From the IMG/VR virus record IMGVR_UViG_2609459820_000008: DNA of 21,429 nucleotides, one strand, 5' to 3'. Made by a program: the position numbers and the translations under genes. The notes beneath the pieces are model-generated. The model did no database searches. It worked only from the letters and a program-made list of their open reading frames with translations, and was not told the origin of the DNA. This DNA is from a virus. Its lineage: Duplodnaviria > Heunggongvirae > Uroviricota > Caudoviricetes. This document shows positions 1 to 9,640 of this stretch, piece by piece. How positions within the stretch are numbered: the stretch's first letter is position 1; every line of letters begins with the position of its first letter.

Positions 1-591
1 GACAAGCATCGTCTTGCCTTCCGCGCGTAACTCCCTCAACAGGCTGATGATTTTCGCTTCGGTTTTCACATCAACGCCGGTAAAAGGTTCATCCAGCAGG
101 ATCACATCACCCTGCTGTGCAATCGCTCTCGCCAGAAAGACGCGTTTCTTTTGTCCACCGGAAAGCTCGCCGATTTGTCGATGGCGAAAATCCACCATAT
201 CGACACGTTCCAGCGCATCGGTGACAATCTGACGATCCCTCTTTTTGGCTATACGCAACATACCCATGTGCCCATAGCGGCCCATCATCACCACATCTTC
301 CACTAGTACAGGAAATGACCAGTCAACCTCTTCTGACTGAGGGACGTAGGCAACCAGGTTTTTCTGTAGCGCCTGTCGCGTGGGAATACCCAGAACAGAT
401 ATCTTTCCGCTGGTCAGACGCACAAATCCCATAATCGCTTTAAACAACGTCGATTTTCCGGAACCGTTTACCCCAACCAGAGCGGCAATAGATCCACTTG
501 GTACTGTGAAGGATGCATCGCGCAGTGCTGTGTGCCCGTTACGCCAGGTGACAGTAACATCATTAACGACAATGCCCGCAGATTGCATCAT
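1..591 (-). CDS. sitB: Mn/Fe ABC transporter ATP-binding protein SitB, N-terminal part (gene continues past window start)
   Basis: Minus-strand translation from ATG at 589-591 gives [19 protein letters not shown]..., with Walker [13 protein letters not shown] signature LSGGQ and Walker B ILLDEP. Start overlaps the sitA stop (ATAATGATG), typical operon coupling. Plus-strand ORFs here are antisense shadows. Confidence 0.85.
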   Translation of the reverse strand, partial: MMQSAGIVVNDVTVTWRNGHTALRDASFTVPSGSIAALVGVNGSGKSTLFKAIMGFVRLTSGKISVLGIPTRQALQKNLVAYVPQSEEVDWSFPVLVEDVVMMGRYGHMGMLRIAKKRDRQIVTDALERVDMVDFRHRQIGELSGGQKKRVFLARAIAQQGDVILLDEPFTGVDVKTEAKIISLLRELRAEGKTMLV

Positions 592-1505
592 TATTTCTCC
601 CTTTTCCCGGCTTTAATTCCCTGTACCAGCGTACTGGTAGTAACCTTCAGAAGGTCGATATACGTAGGTACCGGGCCGTTTTCTGTGCTCAGGGAATCGA
701 CATAGAGTACACCGCCGTAGTGCGCGCCGGTTTCACGCGCAACCTGACGCGCTGGTTTATCGGAAATCGTACTCTCGCTAAAGACTGCCGGGATATGATT
801 TTTCTTCACCATATCAACAACCTTACGTACCTGCTGCGGCGTGCCTTGTTGATCGGCATTAATCGGCCACAGATAAAGCTCTTTTAGCCCCAAATCGCGT
901 GCGAGATAAGAAAAAGCCCCTTCACTGGTGACCATCCATCGCTGATTCTCAGGGAGTTCAGCAATCTGCTTACGCAGGGGGGCAAGGGTTTGGGTAATCT
1001 TGGCTTTATAAGTATCGGCATTACGTTGGTAGGTTTGTGCATTTGCCGGATCGTATTTTATCAACGCATCACGAATATTATCGACGTAAATCAGAGCATT
1101 ATCTGGCGACATCCAGGCATGGGGGTTAGGTTTGCCCTCATAGGGGCCTTCAGTGATCCCTACTGGCGTCACACCCGAAGAGACAATTACTTCTGGAACC
1201 CCATTAAGATGCTGGTAAAAGCGTTGGAACCACAATTCCAGATTCATACCATTGGCGAGAATCAGTTGTGCCCCCTGCGCACGTTTAATATCGCCAGGGG
1301 TAGGCTGATACTCATGAATTTCTGCACCGGGCTTGGTTATGGATGAGACTTCTGCAGCATCTCCAGCCACGTTTTTGGCCATATCTGCGATGATGGTAAA
1401 TGTTGTAATGACCTTGAATTTTTCAGTTGCACTCGCCTGAAATGCGATCGAGCAGGTGAGGGCGAGGCACCCCAAGAGCATGGTTACTTTTTTTATTGAG
1501 TACAT
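591..1505 (-). CDS. sitA: Periplasmic Mn(II)/Fe(II)-binding protein SitA of ABC transporter (cluster-9 substrate-binding protein)
   Basis: 304-aa ORF with signal peptide ([26 protein letters not shown]) and strong resemblance to recalled Salmonella/Shigella SitA ([49 protein letters not shown]). Preceded by MntR and Fur boxes. Confidence 0.9.
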   Translation of the reverse strand: MYSIKKVTMLLGCLALTCSIAFQASATEKFKVITTFTIIADMAKNVAGDAAEVSSITKPGAEIHEYQPTPGDIKRAQGAQLILANGMNLELWFQRFYQHLNGVPEVIVSSGVTPVGITEGPYEGKPNPHAWMSPDNALIYVDNIRDALIKYDPANAQTYQRNADTYKAKITQTLAPLRKQIAELPENQRWMVTSEGAFSYLARDLGLKELYLWPINADQQGTPQQVRKVVDMVKKNHIPAVFSESTISDKPARQVARETGAHYGGVLYVDSLSTENGPVPTYIDLLKVTTSTLVQGIKAGKREK

Positions 1506-1537
1506 AATTTAGTACCTATAGTGAGCAAAATTAGAAC

Positions 1538-1559
1538 AAACATAGCAACGGCTATGTTT
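1538..1559. promoter_or_regulatory. MntR operator (perfect palindrome AAACATAGC-AACG-GCTATGTTT) upstream of sitA
   Basis: Perfect 9-bp inverted-repeat arms seen directly, 33 bp upstream of the sitA start. Matches the recalled MntR box of enterobacterial sitA/mntH promoters. Confidence 0.75.
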
Positions 1560-1581
1560 TATAGCACAACCTATACAAAAT

Positions 1582-1600
1582 GAAAATGATTATCATTAGC
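1582..1600. promoter_or_regulatory. Fur box upstream of sitA
   Basis: GAAAATGATTATCATTAGC matches the 19-bp Fur consensus GATAATGATAATCATTATC at 16/19 positions, in the sitA promoter region. Confidence 0.7.
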
Positions 1601-1719
1601 AGCTTTGGGGCCCAAAACAGGGATTAGGTTGTTTCCTGCTGGCGACGCGTTATTGAGGAAAAAAGTAAGGCAGCTAGTAGGCTTTGAAATGACTTGATGA
1701 GGAAAATTGTTGATGGCAA

Positions 1720-1962
1720 AAATGGGGCAAAGCGCTGCAAAAGGGGCAAAAAAGGGGCAAAAAAAGAGTGGGTTATCGTAGCTTATTGTTGTCGCTGATG
1801 ATATTTAACACATTGAAAAATAAGTAAAATACTTATGAGTCAGAGAGTTGTGATTTTTGCCCTTACTTGTTCAGGTTGTATTGTTCTTTCTTTGTAATTT
1901 GTTGATTTTCTTTCATTATTTCAGTTCTCTGGTACTAAATGGGGCAAATTGGGGGCAAACTT
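1720..1962. repeat. Cluster of GGGGCAAA direct/inverted motif repeats beyond the integrase 3' end; candidate prophage attachment-site arm region
   Basis: Motif at about 1724, 1743, 1755 (direct), about 1853 (inverted, TTTTTGCCC) and twice at 1941-1957 (ATGGGGCAAATTGGGGGCAAAC). Position immediately past the int stop is where lambdoid attL/attR arm-type sites lie. Confidence 0.4.
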
Positions 1963-1967
1963 TGCAA

Positions 1968-3203
1968 CTACGATAACCGCGCATTCAACATGGCTACCTG
2001 TTCGTCGTTCATGTCATCAATCCACATACCGTAAATTTCATACACCATCTGCGCAGTTTCATGCCCCATCTGGCTGGCTATAAACGCCGGGTTCGCTCCT
2101 GCCGTCAACAGCCAGCAGGCAAAAGTATGCCGCGTATGGTACGGATTACGGCGGCGAATACCAGCACGTTTTACTGCTGCATTCCATCTCGCACCCAAAC
2201 TGCTTACCGAGTAATAAGGTTTCTGTTTTCCGTTACACACTCTGGGCATGAAAACAAAATGCAGTTTTTGCTTTTCGGTTCTGCCGTACTCCCGATGATA
2301 AAAAGTGATTTCGCTTTTGCGATGATGCCCGGTCAGTTTGTATTGCTCCTTCAGTGCTTCAAGAGCAGGCTGCAGTAGTGTTACTGTCCGGATCCCGGCA
2401 TTTGTTTTTGGGGGACCGAACATATCAAGTATCGTCAGGTTTCTTCTGACATTCACTATTCCCTTTTCGAGATCCACATCCTCCCACGCCAGAGCTGCCA
2501 GTTCCCCGTGACGAAGTCCTGAGTAAACGGCAAATTTCCACAAGTTCTGGCTCTGTCCTTTTTCACTTTCCATTAATGCATTGAATTCTGTTTTAGATAA
2601 CGGATCAGGCTTTATTCTGTTTCGCTGTAATTTTTTTACTCCTTCAAATGGTTTGGTTGATATAAATCCCGACTGATACGCAAAACGCAACAGCGAACAG
2701 AGCAGGGCGATATAGTTATCAACTGTGCGCACGGTTCTTCCTTTTTTGTTGGATCTTGGATTATCCAGGTAAAGCGTTTCTCCATGCAGCAGTTCATTCC
2801 GGTAGATTAAGATATCGCTATAACGAATATGTGATATCGGGGTACTTTCACAAATTATTATTCTGAGTGTTTTTAATTGTGATTTCGTTTTCTTCATTGT
2901 GTTTGTTGTTAACTCTGTCTCTTTAATTTTTGTCCAGATATCACAAAGTTCTCCGAACGTTTTTATGACTCTCGTTGTCACCATTTTTGCCCCAGTGCTG
3001 GACTGGGGAAAACGTCTTAAATACTCAAATTCACCGGAGTTTATTTCATGAACTATCAGCGATCTTAAATTTCCGGCCTTTTTAATATTACTGTTTGTAA
3101 TCTCCCAGCCTTTTAATGTTTCCCGACATCGTTTTCCTCGAAACATGAACCAGATGCGAATGTATCTACCTCTAATCTCGACACCTGTTGGTAATTTAGA
3201 CAT
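1968..3203 (-). CDS. intR: Rac-type prophage tyrosine integrase
   Basis: 411-aa ORF, same length as recalled K-12 IntR. C-terminal tyrosine-recombinase features (R..HTRHT..Y region: NPYHTRHTFACWLL...EIYGMW). Adjacent xis-like gene. Confidence 0.9.
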   Translation of the reverse strand: MSKLPTGVEIRGRYIRIWFMFRGKRCRETLKGWEITNSNIKKAGNLRSLIVHEINSGEFEYLRRFPQSSTGAKMVTTRVIKTFGELCDIWTKIKETELTTNTMKKTKSQLKTLRIIICESTPISHIRYSDILIYRNELLHGETLYLDNPRSNKKGRTVRTVDNYIALLCSLLRFAYQSGFISTKPFEGVKKLQRNRIKPDPLSKTEFNALMESEKGQSQNLWKFAVYSGLRHGELAALAWEDVDLEKGIVNVRRNLTILDMFGPPKTNAGIRTVTLLQPALEALKEQYKLTGHHRKSEITFYHREYGRTEKQKLHFVFMPRVCNGKQKPYYSVSSLGARWNAAVKRAGIRRRNPYHTRHTFACWLLTAGANPAFIASQMGHETAQMVYEIYGMWIDDMNDEQVAMLNARLS

Positions 3204-3204
3204 A

Positions 3205-3420
3205 TCATGAGTCTTTGATAAACTGATTTATCTTTGGATAGTTGTACCAGATAATCCCTCGCTTACTGTCTGGCTTCCCTAAAGGAGATACTCGTTTGAA
3301 GTGGAAGCCTTCCACCCAACAGTTCTGGCGGTATGCTTCAATTTGTCTGGCCCCCAGACCAGTGCGAAGCATCAGGCCGTATTCAACCATCCACTCTTCA
3401 TTAAAGATTACTTGTGCCAT
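3205..3420 (-). CDS. ydaQ: Excisionase-like small protein (YdaQ-like)
   Basis: 71 aa from [16 protein letters not shown]..., directly upstream of and co-oriented with int (stop 1 nt before int ATG). Length and position match the recalled Rac YdaQ. Confidence 0.7.
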   Translation of the reverse strand: MAQVIFNEEWMVEYGLMLRTGLGARQIEAYRQNCWVEGFHFKRVSPLGKPDSKRGIIWYNYPKINQFIKDS

Positions 3421-3519
3421 CGCATCACCTCTGGCAGGCGCCAATGTTAGACTGAAATTGACGCCCGATGTTGATTATTAATAATCAGCTATGAAGTTTT
3501 AATTTGAATACAATGCAAT

Positions 3520-3708
3520 TCACGAGGACTGAAGTCTCTCGCAATTAAAATTTATCAGTTTTACTTTCTGCTCTCTGGAAACGGCTGCTTCTTTTTTACC
3601 TGAGAGCATTTTTTCGCATTCTGATTTCGTTAGTTTAGATTTTGAATATCTTGTCCAGTTAGTAGGAGTGCCACCTTCCTTTTCAATAGTGGCGGTAATT
3701 TTATACAT
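3520..3708 (-). CDS. ydaC: Small prophage protein, YdaC-like (DUF1187-type)
   Basis: ORF starting MYKITATIEKEGG... with a GGAGG Shine-Dalgarno 6 nt upstream; overlaps the ralR stop by 8 nt. Start choice within the 86-aa ORF is inferred from the RBS. Confidence 0.5.
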   Translation of the reverse strand: MYKITATIEKEGGTPTNWTRYSKSKLTKSECEKMLSGKKEAAVSREQKVKLINFNCERLQSS

Positions 3709-3895
3709 GAACACCTCCATTATTATTTCCAGTGGTTCGTTTATTCCATCTTTCGAGTGCTTCTTTTTCACTTCCACCATAACCGGTTCGGGATTCGCAT
3801 CCGTTACACTTCGCTCGGTAATATCCTGAAATGGCTTTCACCGTTACTGATGGACAACCACAAAATGGACATGGTTTAACATTGTCATATCTCAT
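3701..3895 (-). CDS. ralR: Restriction-alleviation/Lar-family zinc-ribbon protein RalR
   Basis: 64 aa from MRYDNVKPCPFCGCPSVTVKAISGYYRAKCNGCESRTGY... with CxxC...CxxC zinc ribbon. Sits just promoter-distal to recT in the leftward operon, as in Rac. Confidence 0.75.
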   Translation of the reverse strand: MRYDNVKPCPFCGCPSVTVKAISGYYRAKCNGCESRTGYGGSEKEALERWNKRTTGNNNGGVHV

Positions 3896-3951
3896 AATTT
3901 TTCTCATAAAAAATATTTCAAGTTGGCGGGGCATTACACCGCCAGACTGAA

Positions 3952-4761
3952 TTATTCCTCTGAATTATCGATTACACTGTATTCCCCGGTTAATACAGAG
4001 GAATCTGCAGGATCGATTGTCAGTGGTTCCTTTTCATCCATTGATACTGCACGCTGGATCTCAATTGATACGGGCAGATATTTGAACAGGCGACGAATAG
4101 CTGTTTTCTTTGCCATTTCTTCCCAGTGAGTTACCCACGGCCCGTTATTACCAGCTTTACTCTGGCTGCGCACCAGCTCAATCTGTCTGCGCGTCATAAC
4201 TTCAAACTGAGTACCTCCGTCTTTCAGTCTTGCGACAGCATAGACGTGGGTAACCGGGGCATCTTCGTTTTCTCCTGGGCGGTGTATTAACTTTTCATCA
4301 AGGCCAAATTCGAAATTAAATTCGTCACCTTCACGGACAACACGGGCTGACAGGCTGGCGATTTGACCTGAACGGCGAGCCAGATCAATCATGCCGCGAT
4401 AGCCAATGATTAGCTGAACGTTTTTTTTACCGCTCTTTTCGTTTTTATTACCAAAAGGCAGTAAATATGCATGACCGAGGGCGCTACCTGGCTCAAGTCC
4501 GAGCTGTGAACACTGTACGATTGCACTGACAAAACTCATAGTGTCACAGTTTCCTAACGCCGGAACTTTACGAATTTCTGTGGTGGCGATACGGATCATA
4601 CGTTCAGCCGTCATATGGCGTGGAAGAGCTGCTGCCAGTTGCTCTTTCATTGATGGCTGGTTAATAAAACTAATCACGTCGTTATTTTTAATTGCTGCTG
4701 GTGCACGGTTTTCCTGAGTTTTTTGCAGATCGGCTTTTGCGATTGGTGGTTGCTTAGTCAT
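3952..4761 (-). CDS. recT: RecT single-strand annealing protein
   Basis: 269 aa from [16 protein letters not shown]..., consistent with recalled Rac RecT. Start overlaps the recE stop by 8 nt. The longer 288-aa ORF-track start lacks an RBS. Confidence 0.9.
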   Translation of the reverse strand: MTKQPPIAKADLQKTQENRAPAAIKNNDVISFINQPSMKEQLAAALPRHMTAERMIRIATTEIRKVPALGNCDTMSFVSAIVQCSQLGLEPGSALGHAYLLPFGNKNEKSGKKNVQLIIGYRGMIDLARRSGQIASLSARVVREGDEFNFEFGLDEKLIHRPGENEDAPVTHVYAVARLKDGGTQFEVMTRRQIELVRSQSKAGNNGPWVTHWEEMAKKTAIRRLFKYLPVSIEIQRAVSMDEKEPLTIDPADSSVLTGEYSVIDNSEE

Positions 4762-7405
4762 TTGCATATTCCTTAGCCCAGCGGGGCAGTGATAACGTCT
4801 TAATAGCTGGCCATTCATCGGTATTGAGGCAGTCAGCCAGGGTTCGCAGATTGCGGTGATATTCCAGCTGACCTGCTAGTTTTGCTTCTTCGCCCATCAT
4901 GAAAATTTCAACCGGATAACGTCCGCATTCAATAGTTGTGCTGGCAACCAGAAAAACGAAAGTTGGCTGCACTCCAAACTGTGCTTCATAACCGTCACTG
5001 TAGAATGCATCCTGAACGTGATAGCGGTAGTCGTAATAAGCGGTTTTGAATCGTTGAATATCCGCCGTAGTTTTCACGTCCATGATCCAGTGAAATTCAG
5101 GGATAATTTTGTCCGGACGGCACCGACACAAAATTCCTGTTTCAGGATCTTCCCAGTAAATTGATGATTCAGCGTGTCCGGCGCTTTCAACAAGCCATTG
5201 CCCCAGCGGCAAAGCCATAACGCTTTGATACATCAGTTCAATTTTCCGGCCTTCTTCCGCAGTGATAACCATTTTTCCTGTGCTTGCGCATTCCATCAGA
5301 AACGCTTTCTCTTCTTCTTTTCCGGCGTTTGTACGGCGGTTAAATTCAGGTGCTACGATAAAGCGGTTACTGAATTCTTCCGGTTCAAGTACCCGGCAGT
5401 GGAAAGCGGTTCCTAAATCGAGCGTTTTTGTCTTTGTGGTGTCCACGGGGGCATTTTTACGCCACAAATACAGTGCCGGAGTATCAGCAATGTCATCGAG
5501 CTGAGACTTACTGACACCGGGACCTGCGTGGTAATTCTCATTCGAAATTCCGTAATAAATACCTGGCTCTATGTCTTCTACGATTACGGGATCTGCGACT
5601 TCGCCAGTTTCATCACTGCAATCGCGATGCGGATCGCTGCCAGCATTCTCATTGTGCGGATGTTCAGCGCCTTCCATTTCCTCCGGATCATTTTCCTTAG
5701 CTTCAACCTGATTCTCTTCATCGAATGTTTCCTGGTTTGTTGCGTCGCCCATCACCGCACCACAGTCAGGGCAGTTACCCCCGCCAGTCTGGCCGCAGGC
5801 ATTGAAGGCTATTTCCGGTTCCTGTTGCACTACTGGCTCAGGTTGTTTCATATCCGGGCTGGTTTTTTCCGTTTCTGGCTGGTTCTGGTACACAGAATCG
5901 CGAGTCTGGATCCCCTTAACCCATTTCGGATCGTTCGGGTCGCTAATTCCGTCAACAAATTCACCACGTGATGCAGCAAGCAATTTATCGGCATCGACAG
6001 GATTTTTTGATGGAATGTTTTTCCGAGCTTCATGGAGTTCTGCCCGCAGTTCCTGATATTTCGCATCAACAGAATTTACCTGTGACTGAGCATCCAGCGG
6101 CTGCGTGTCCTGATGATGTTTAGTTGCGTCCGGTTCCATTGTTTCAGCCTCTCCCTGTTCATCTGCCGTTGTTCCAGATGGTTGCAGTTTTTCTTCATCA
6201 TCCTGTTTTCCTTCTTCTGTTACTCGCTGCGGCATCGGGGCAGAGGAGCGACCGCAGGCAATATCCACGATTTCCGGATCAGGGTTGGCATGATCGGTTT
6301 CAGTCAGTACTTTGTTCAGATATGCAGTGACGTGAGCGGGGATGACCTCGATCCCAATTGGTGCTTCTTTCACGGACGCAACCACGATGGCGCGGGAATA
6401 ATCCAGCCCGCCAGGCATGGTGATGAATTTGTCGCGGAAAACAGAAAAGGGCGGTTTATTTTCAGCGATAATTTCCTCAATGCGTTTAGCGTGTGCCGGA
6501 TGAAGGTTATAGATGTCCACGTCCATTGAACGGGCCAGTACGCCAGTGGCTATATCGCGCGCCAGTGACGTCAGATCGTGGACGAAACCTTCGCCGCGAT
6601 CTGTGAGGTTCCCGCCGCCAGCATTAGCACCGGAAGCCGTGCGAGTGATGCGTGAAACACGATTCCCTTTTCGCCATTCTTTTGTCAGAAGACCGCGATC
6701 AATGTGTTCGGTATCCAGCCAGGCTGAAATGAAATTCTTAAATTCATAGGGCTGATGTTTTTTAGTGATAGAGAAAACTGCCTTAATTGCATCAGTCAGG
6801 CGGAGCAGGGCGGCATTATCCAGAGTTGTCGGTTCTGCCATGCCGCGTATGGCCAACAGCAGATTCTGGACATAGCTGTTTTCCTGATCCATCTCAAGAG
6901 CAGTAATGTGTTCGCGTTGTTCTCGGGTGGCATGATGCAGGTATTTCCGATCCCCGGCCGCATACGTAAAAATGTGCAGAAGACGCTGTGTGAACCGCAA
7001 AGTGGCTACAGAGACTTCGCAATCCTGGCAATCCTCGTGGGCGTCTGCCTGCGCGTTTTCTTCCTGGCCTCCCGCCAGTTCGTTGGTTTCTTGAGCATTA
7101 TCCTGGTGGTGAACGTCGTCTGGCGCTGCTCCCGGTTTTAGTTCCCATGTCATGGAGTCTTTGCTGAGTTGATAGCGTTCACTCCAGGTAAAATCGATCT
7201 CACCTTCAGGGGGAAGGTCATTAACGACAGGAAAATTTGTGGCAACAGCTTTAAAATAGTTGCTCAGTTTTTTACCTGACTTAACGATCAGGTAGTCCAG
7301 AGTGGCACAGGTCGATTCAAAATCGTCGCTTGCCCACAGGACGACGTCAGGTTCACCGGATGATTTTTTCGCTTTCCGTAACAGGAAGAGTGGTTTTGTG
7401 CTCAT
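4754..7405 (-). CDS. recE: RecE exonuclease VIII
   Basis: 883-aa ORF, acidic low-complexity central region and C-terminal nuclease domain, immediately upstream of recT. Matches Rac recET organisation. Confidence 0.9.
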   Translation of the reverse strand: MSTKPLFLLRKAKKSSGEPDVVLWASDDFESTCATLDYLIVKSGKKLSNYFKAVATNFPVVNDLPPEGEIDFTWSERYQLSKDSMTWELKPGAAPDDVHHQDNAQETNELAGGQEENAQADAHEDCQDCEVSVATLRFTQRLLHIFTYAAGDRKYLHHATREQREHITALEMDQENSYVQNLLLAIRGMAEPTTLDNAALLRLTDAIKAVFSITKKHQPYEFKNFISAWLDTEHIDRGLLTKEWRKGNRVSRITRTASGANAGGGNLTDRGEGFVHDLTSLARDIATGVLARSMDVDIYNLHPAHAKRIEEIIAENKPPFSVFRDKFITMPGGLDYSRAIVVASVKEAPIGIEVIPAHVTAYLNKVLTETDHANPDPEIVDIACGRSSAPMPQRVTEEGKQDDEEKLQPSGTTADEQGEAETMEPDATKHHQDTQPLDAQSQVNSVDAKYQELRAELHEARKNIPSKNPVDADKLLAASRGEFVDGISDPNDPKWVKGIQTRDSVYQNQPETEKTSPDMKQPEPVVQQEPEIAFNACGQTGGGNCPDCGAVMGDATNQETFDEENQVEAKENDPEEMEGAEHPHNENAGSDPHRDCSDETGEVADPVIVEDIEPGIYYGISNENYHAGPGVSKSQLDDIADTPALYLWRKNAPVDTTKTKTLDLGTAFHCRVLEPEEFSNRFIVAPEFNRRTNAGKEEEKAFLMECASTGKMVITAEEGRKIELMYQSVMALPLGQWLVESAGHAESSIYWEDPETGILCRCRPDKIIPEFHWIMDVKTTADIQRFKTAYYDYRYHVQDAFYSDGYEAQFGVQPTFVFLVASTTIECGRYPVEIFMMGEEAKLAGQLEYHRNLRTLADCLNTDEWPAIKTLSLPRWAKEYAND

Positions 7406-7506
7406 TGTTTTTTAACCTCAACTCAGATTAAAATTCGTTTTGTTCAGTGAATGATCTTGCCGGATACACACTGTTCATAGCCTGCGCCATACGCAGGCTA
7501 TTTCTT

Positions 7507-7782
7507 TCAGATTTCACCTTTTAATTTCATTGCAATTAGAGTTGCCAGAAATTCGGCTTTTTTTTCTGCGGGCAGATTCTTTCCGGTATGCACCAGGCAC
7601 ATTTTTTTGACACCTTCGTGAAGTGTTTTAACGTTGCCTGATGGACCGTCGATATCAACCACAGTGAATGGGGTTTCTTTATTTTCTGTTTTAATCACGT
7701 AGCCAATACGCTTTCCTTCCAGATTAACCTCGTGAACAATGTCATCAGTAGTTACAACAGTGGCTTCATAACTGGTAATCAT
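7507..7782 (-). CDS. racC: RacC-like small prophage protein
   Basis: 91 aa from MITSYEATVVTTDD..., with AAGGAG RBS before the ATG at 7782. Upstream of recE in the leftward operon. Confidence 0.7.
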   Translation of the reverse strand: MITSYEATVVTTDDIVHEVNLEGKRIGYVIKTENKETPFTVVDIDGPSGNVKTLHEGVKKMCLVHTGKNLPAEKKAEFLATLIAMKLKGEI

Positions 7783-7857
7783 GTTTTTCTCCTTAATTAA
7801 GGTTGAGCGAATCCCTGCCATTGCTGGCATAAATTCAGTTTCGCATAGTCAGTTAAT

Positions 7858-8037
7858 TAAAGTTCGTGTGCCATCTGGTCTTTTTCGGCACAACTTTCAC
7901 TACAATATTTTTTCATTTCCGTCGTTTGGATAACTCCACGCATGAAATGAAGTGGTCTTTTGATACTTTTGCTTTCTTCAATTTCTTTATTGCAAAGGTG
8001 GTAAGCACATTTTATTTTCTTAGTCATCACCATGACT
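7858..8037 (-). CDS. ydaE: Cys-rich zinc-binding small protein YdaE-like (56 aa)
   Basis: Hand-translated minus-strand ORF not in the 60-aa track: [63 protein letters not shown] upstream. The plus-strand ORF 7866-8126 is its shadow. Confidence 0.7.
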
Positions 8038-8248
8038 CCGCCTTTACAGGTAAACCATTACGACCGAGGAAGACTTTAATCATGCAGTCAGTAATGCATG
8101 TTTTTGTGGTCAGGTTACGAATATAAAGTTTTCGCTTTTTAATATTGTTTGCCGAGGCAATATATGTCCGGCCTTCATGAAGAACATAGTCACCAGGAGT
8201 CACACACTGACGTGGTATTTCATCAGTTCCGAAGTGATGTGCAATCAT
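8027..8248 (-). CDS. kilR: KilR-like cell-division inhibitor (killing function of Rac)
   Basis: 73 aa from [32 protein letters not shown]..., GGAG RBS before ATG at 8248. Position matches kilR of Rac. Confidence 0.75.
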   Translation of the reverse strand: MIAHHFGTDEIPRQCVTPGDYVLHEGRTYIASANNIKKRKLYIRNLTTKTCITDCMIKVFLGRNGLPVKAESW

Positions 8249-8522
8249 AATTATCTCCATTTTTACAAATGAACTTTGTTGATGCGGTGCCTGGTGCCTC
8301 CAGGTGACTGCAACCAGTTAACAATTACAGTCGGCTTTCCCACCCAAACCAATAAGGACTAACATGACTTTTAACTGTGCCGCGTGCGCTTAGCCGCATT
8401 CACCGCATCACAAAATTCACTTTAAAAAGGGCGGGCATCAGTCGAACTTCAAGAAAAAACTGATGCCGCCAAGACTACACATAGCAGTGTTGTTATCCAC
8501 AACCGGAGGCGCACTCCCACCA

Positions 8523-9013
8523 TTTAAATTTAACAGACAAGACCGACTCTTTATGGATATCGGAAATGCGCCTTCGTGTTGTGCCCGGTTTTATTTCACC
8601 ACCTCCGGGCTTTGGTGGTTTCTGCTATACCCCTACAGCGAGAATATAAATTTAACAGACAAGACCGACTCTTTATGGATATCGGAAATGCGCCTTCGTG
8701 TTGTGCCCGGTTTTATTTCACCACCTCCGGGCTTTGGTGGTTTCTGCTATACCCCTACAGCGAGAATATAAATTTAACAGACAAGACCGACTCTTTATGG
8801 ATATCGGAAATGCGCCTTCGTGTTGTGCCCGGTTTTATTTCACCACCTCCGGGCTTTGGTGGTTTCTGCTATACCCCTACAGCGAGAATATAAATTTAAC
8901 AGACAAGACCGACTCTTTATGGATATCGGAAATGCGCCTTCGTGTTGTGCCCGGTTTTATTTCACCACCTCCGGGCTTTGGTGGTTTCTGCTATACCCCT
9001 ACAGCGAGAATAT
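8523..9013. repeat. Perfect tandem repeat, 4 copies of a 122-bp unit (unit starts about 8526, 8648, 8770, 8892)
   Basis: Seen directly: the unit AAATTTAACAGACAAGACCGACTCTTTATGGATATCGG...CTACAGCGAGAATAT recurs head-to-tail with 122-nt period and no visible mismatches. The four staggered plus-strand ORFs in the track are frame-rotated copies of the same sequence. Each unit has a stem ACCACC-N10-GGTGGT. Confidence 0.95.
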
Positions 9014-9034
9014 TGAATTAATCCAAATAATGGA

Positions 9035-9187
9035 TTAGCAAGTATTTCTGGCAAGCCAGCGACGTGCGCCTGTTTCTGTTTTAAATGTTTTGCTTTTGGT
9101 ATACGTCATAGCAGTGAACGTTCCATCTTGGTTAGGGAACACGCCGCACACCATGGATTCGTTATTGCCGAGGTCGATTTTTTGCAT
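9035..9187 (-). CDS. ydaF: Small prophage protein, YdaF-like (50 aa)
   Basis: Hand-translated: MQKIDLGNNESMVCGVFPNQDGTFTAMTYTKSKTFKTETGARRWLARNTC. Lies downstream of the PL-like promoter and ydaG in the leftward operon. Below the ORF-track size cutoff. Confidence 0.5.
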   Translation of the reverse strand: MQKIDLGNNESMVCGVFPNQDGTFTAMTYTKSKTFKTETGARRWLARNTC

Positions 9188-9197
9188 TTTTCGCACC

Positions 9198-9332
9198 TCA
9201 CATCTTGTTGTTGCGGATAGAGGCTTCTGCTTGCCAGAGATCCCAGTCGTTGCTACGTAAAGCCTGCACAGCCTGGCTGTAAGTGATACCGCAACAATCC
9301 ATCAAATACTGAACTACTTCGTAATGCACCAT
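9198..9332 (-). CDS. ydaG: Small prophage protein, YdaG-like (44 aa)
   Basis: Hand-translated: MVHYEVVQYLMDCCGITYSQAVQALRSNDWDLWQAEASIRNNKM, with GGAGAG RBS upstream. First gene of the leftward operon. Confidence 0.5.
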   Translation of the reverse strand: MVHYEVVQYLMDCCGITYSQAVQALRSNDWDLWQAEASIRNNKM

Positions 9333-9501
9333 CTTATCTCTCCCCTTAACGCCGGGTGGCGGAACTAACTGCTGCACTGCAAAATTTGAATCCCGCCGTC
9401 ATGTTCATACGCCTCGGGCTGGCTACTTAACCCCTGACCACTGCCTGGTAACTCGAAGTATTGCCTGGCGTTCTGTGGGGCGGGGTGGGTGGTATGCTGG
9501 A

Positions 9502-9546
9502 ACTATAGGTAATGCCTAATTGATTGTCAATAGGCTATGCCTAATG
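9502..9546 (-). promoter_or_regulatory. PL-like leftward early promoter (-35 TTGACA, 17-bp spacer, -10 TATAGT on minus strand) with overlapping repressor operator
   Basis: Reverse complement of 9502-9530 gives TTGACA-N17-TATAGT. The adjacent half-sites GCCTAAT and ATAGGCTATGCCTAAT are an inverted copy of the operators right of racR. Confidence 0.6.
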
Positions 9547-9640
9547 TTTTAAGCGTAACCTAATAGGTGATGGCGACTGGAGAAAGTGATGGGGGGGTTA
9601 AATAACGGAATCCAGGAGTTTTCCGTCAGACCATATAAGT

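Noticed and set aside
14-616. Plus-strand ORFs antisense to sitB
   Set aside because: The minus strand encodes a clear ABC ATPase with Walker A/B and LSGGQ motifs; the plus-strand frames are shadows.
990-1346. 118-aa plus-strand ORF inside sitA
   Set aside because: Antisense to the well-supported sitA coding sequence.
2061-2378. 105-aa plus-strand ORF inside the integrase gene
   Set aside because: Antisense shadow of intR.
5174-7141. Plus-strand ORFs (68-147 aa) inside the recE locus
   Set aside because: Antisense shadow ORFs of the long recE reading frame; low-complexity, no RBS, overlapping each other.
8523-9013. Considered a CRISPR array
   Set aside because: Units are 122 bp, contiguous and identical with no unique spacers, and no cas genes are nearby.
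8261-9034. Expected a sieB-like superinfection-exclusion gene between kilR and ydaF as recalled for Rac of K-12
   Set aside because: No ORF of appropriate size on either strand; the interval is occupied by the 122-bp tandem repeat array.
8463-9038. Four overlapping plus-strand ORFs (72-107 aa) with near-identical translations
   Set aside because: They are frame-rotated readings of the 122-bp tandem repeat (period not divisible by 3), lack RBSs, and the identical peptides are a repeat artefact rather than paralogous genes.
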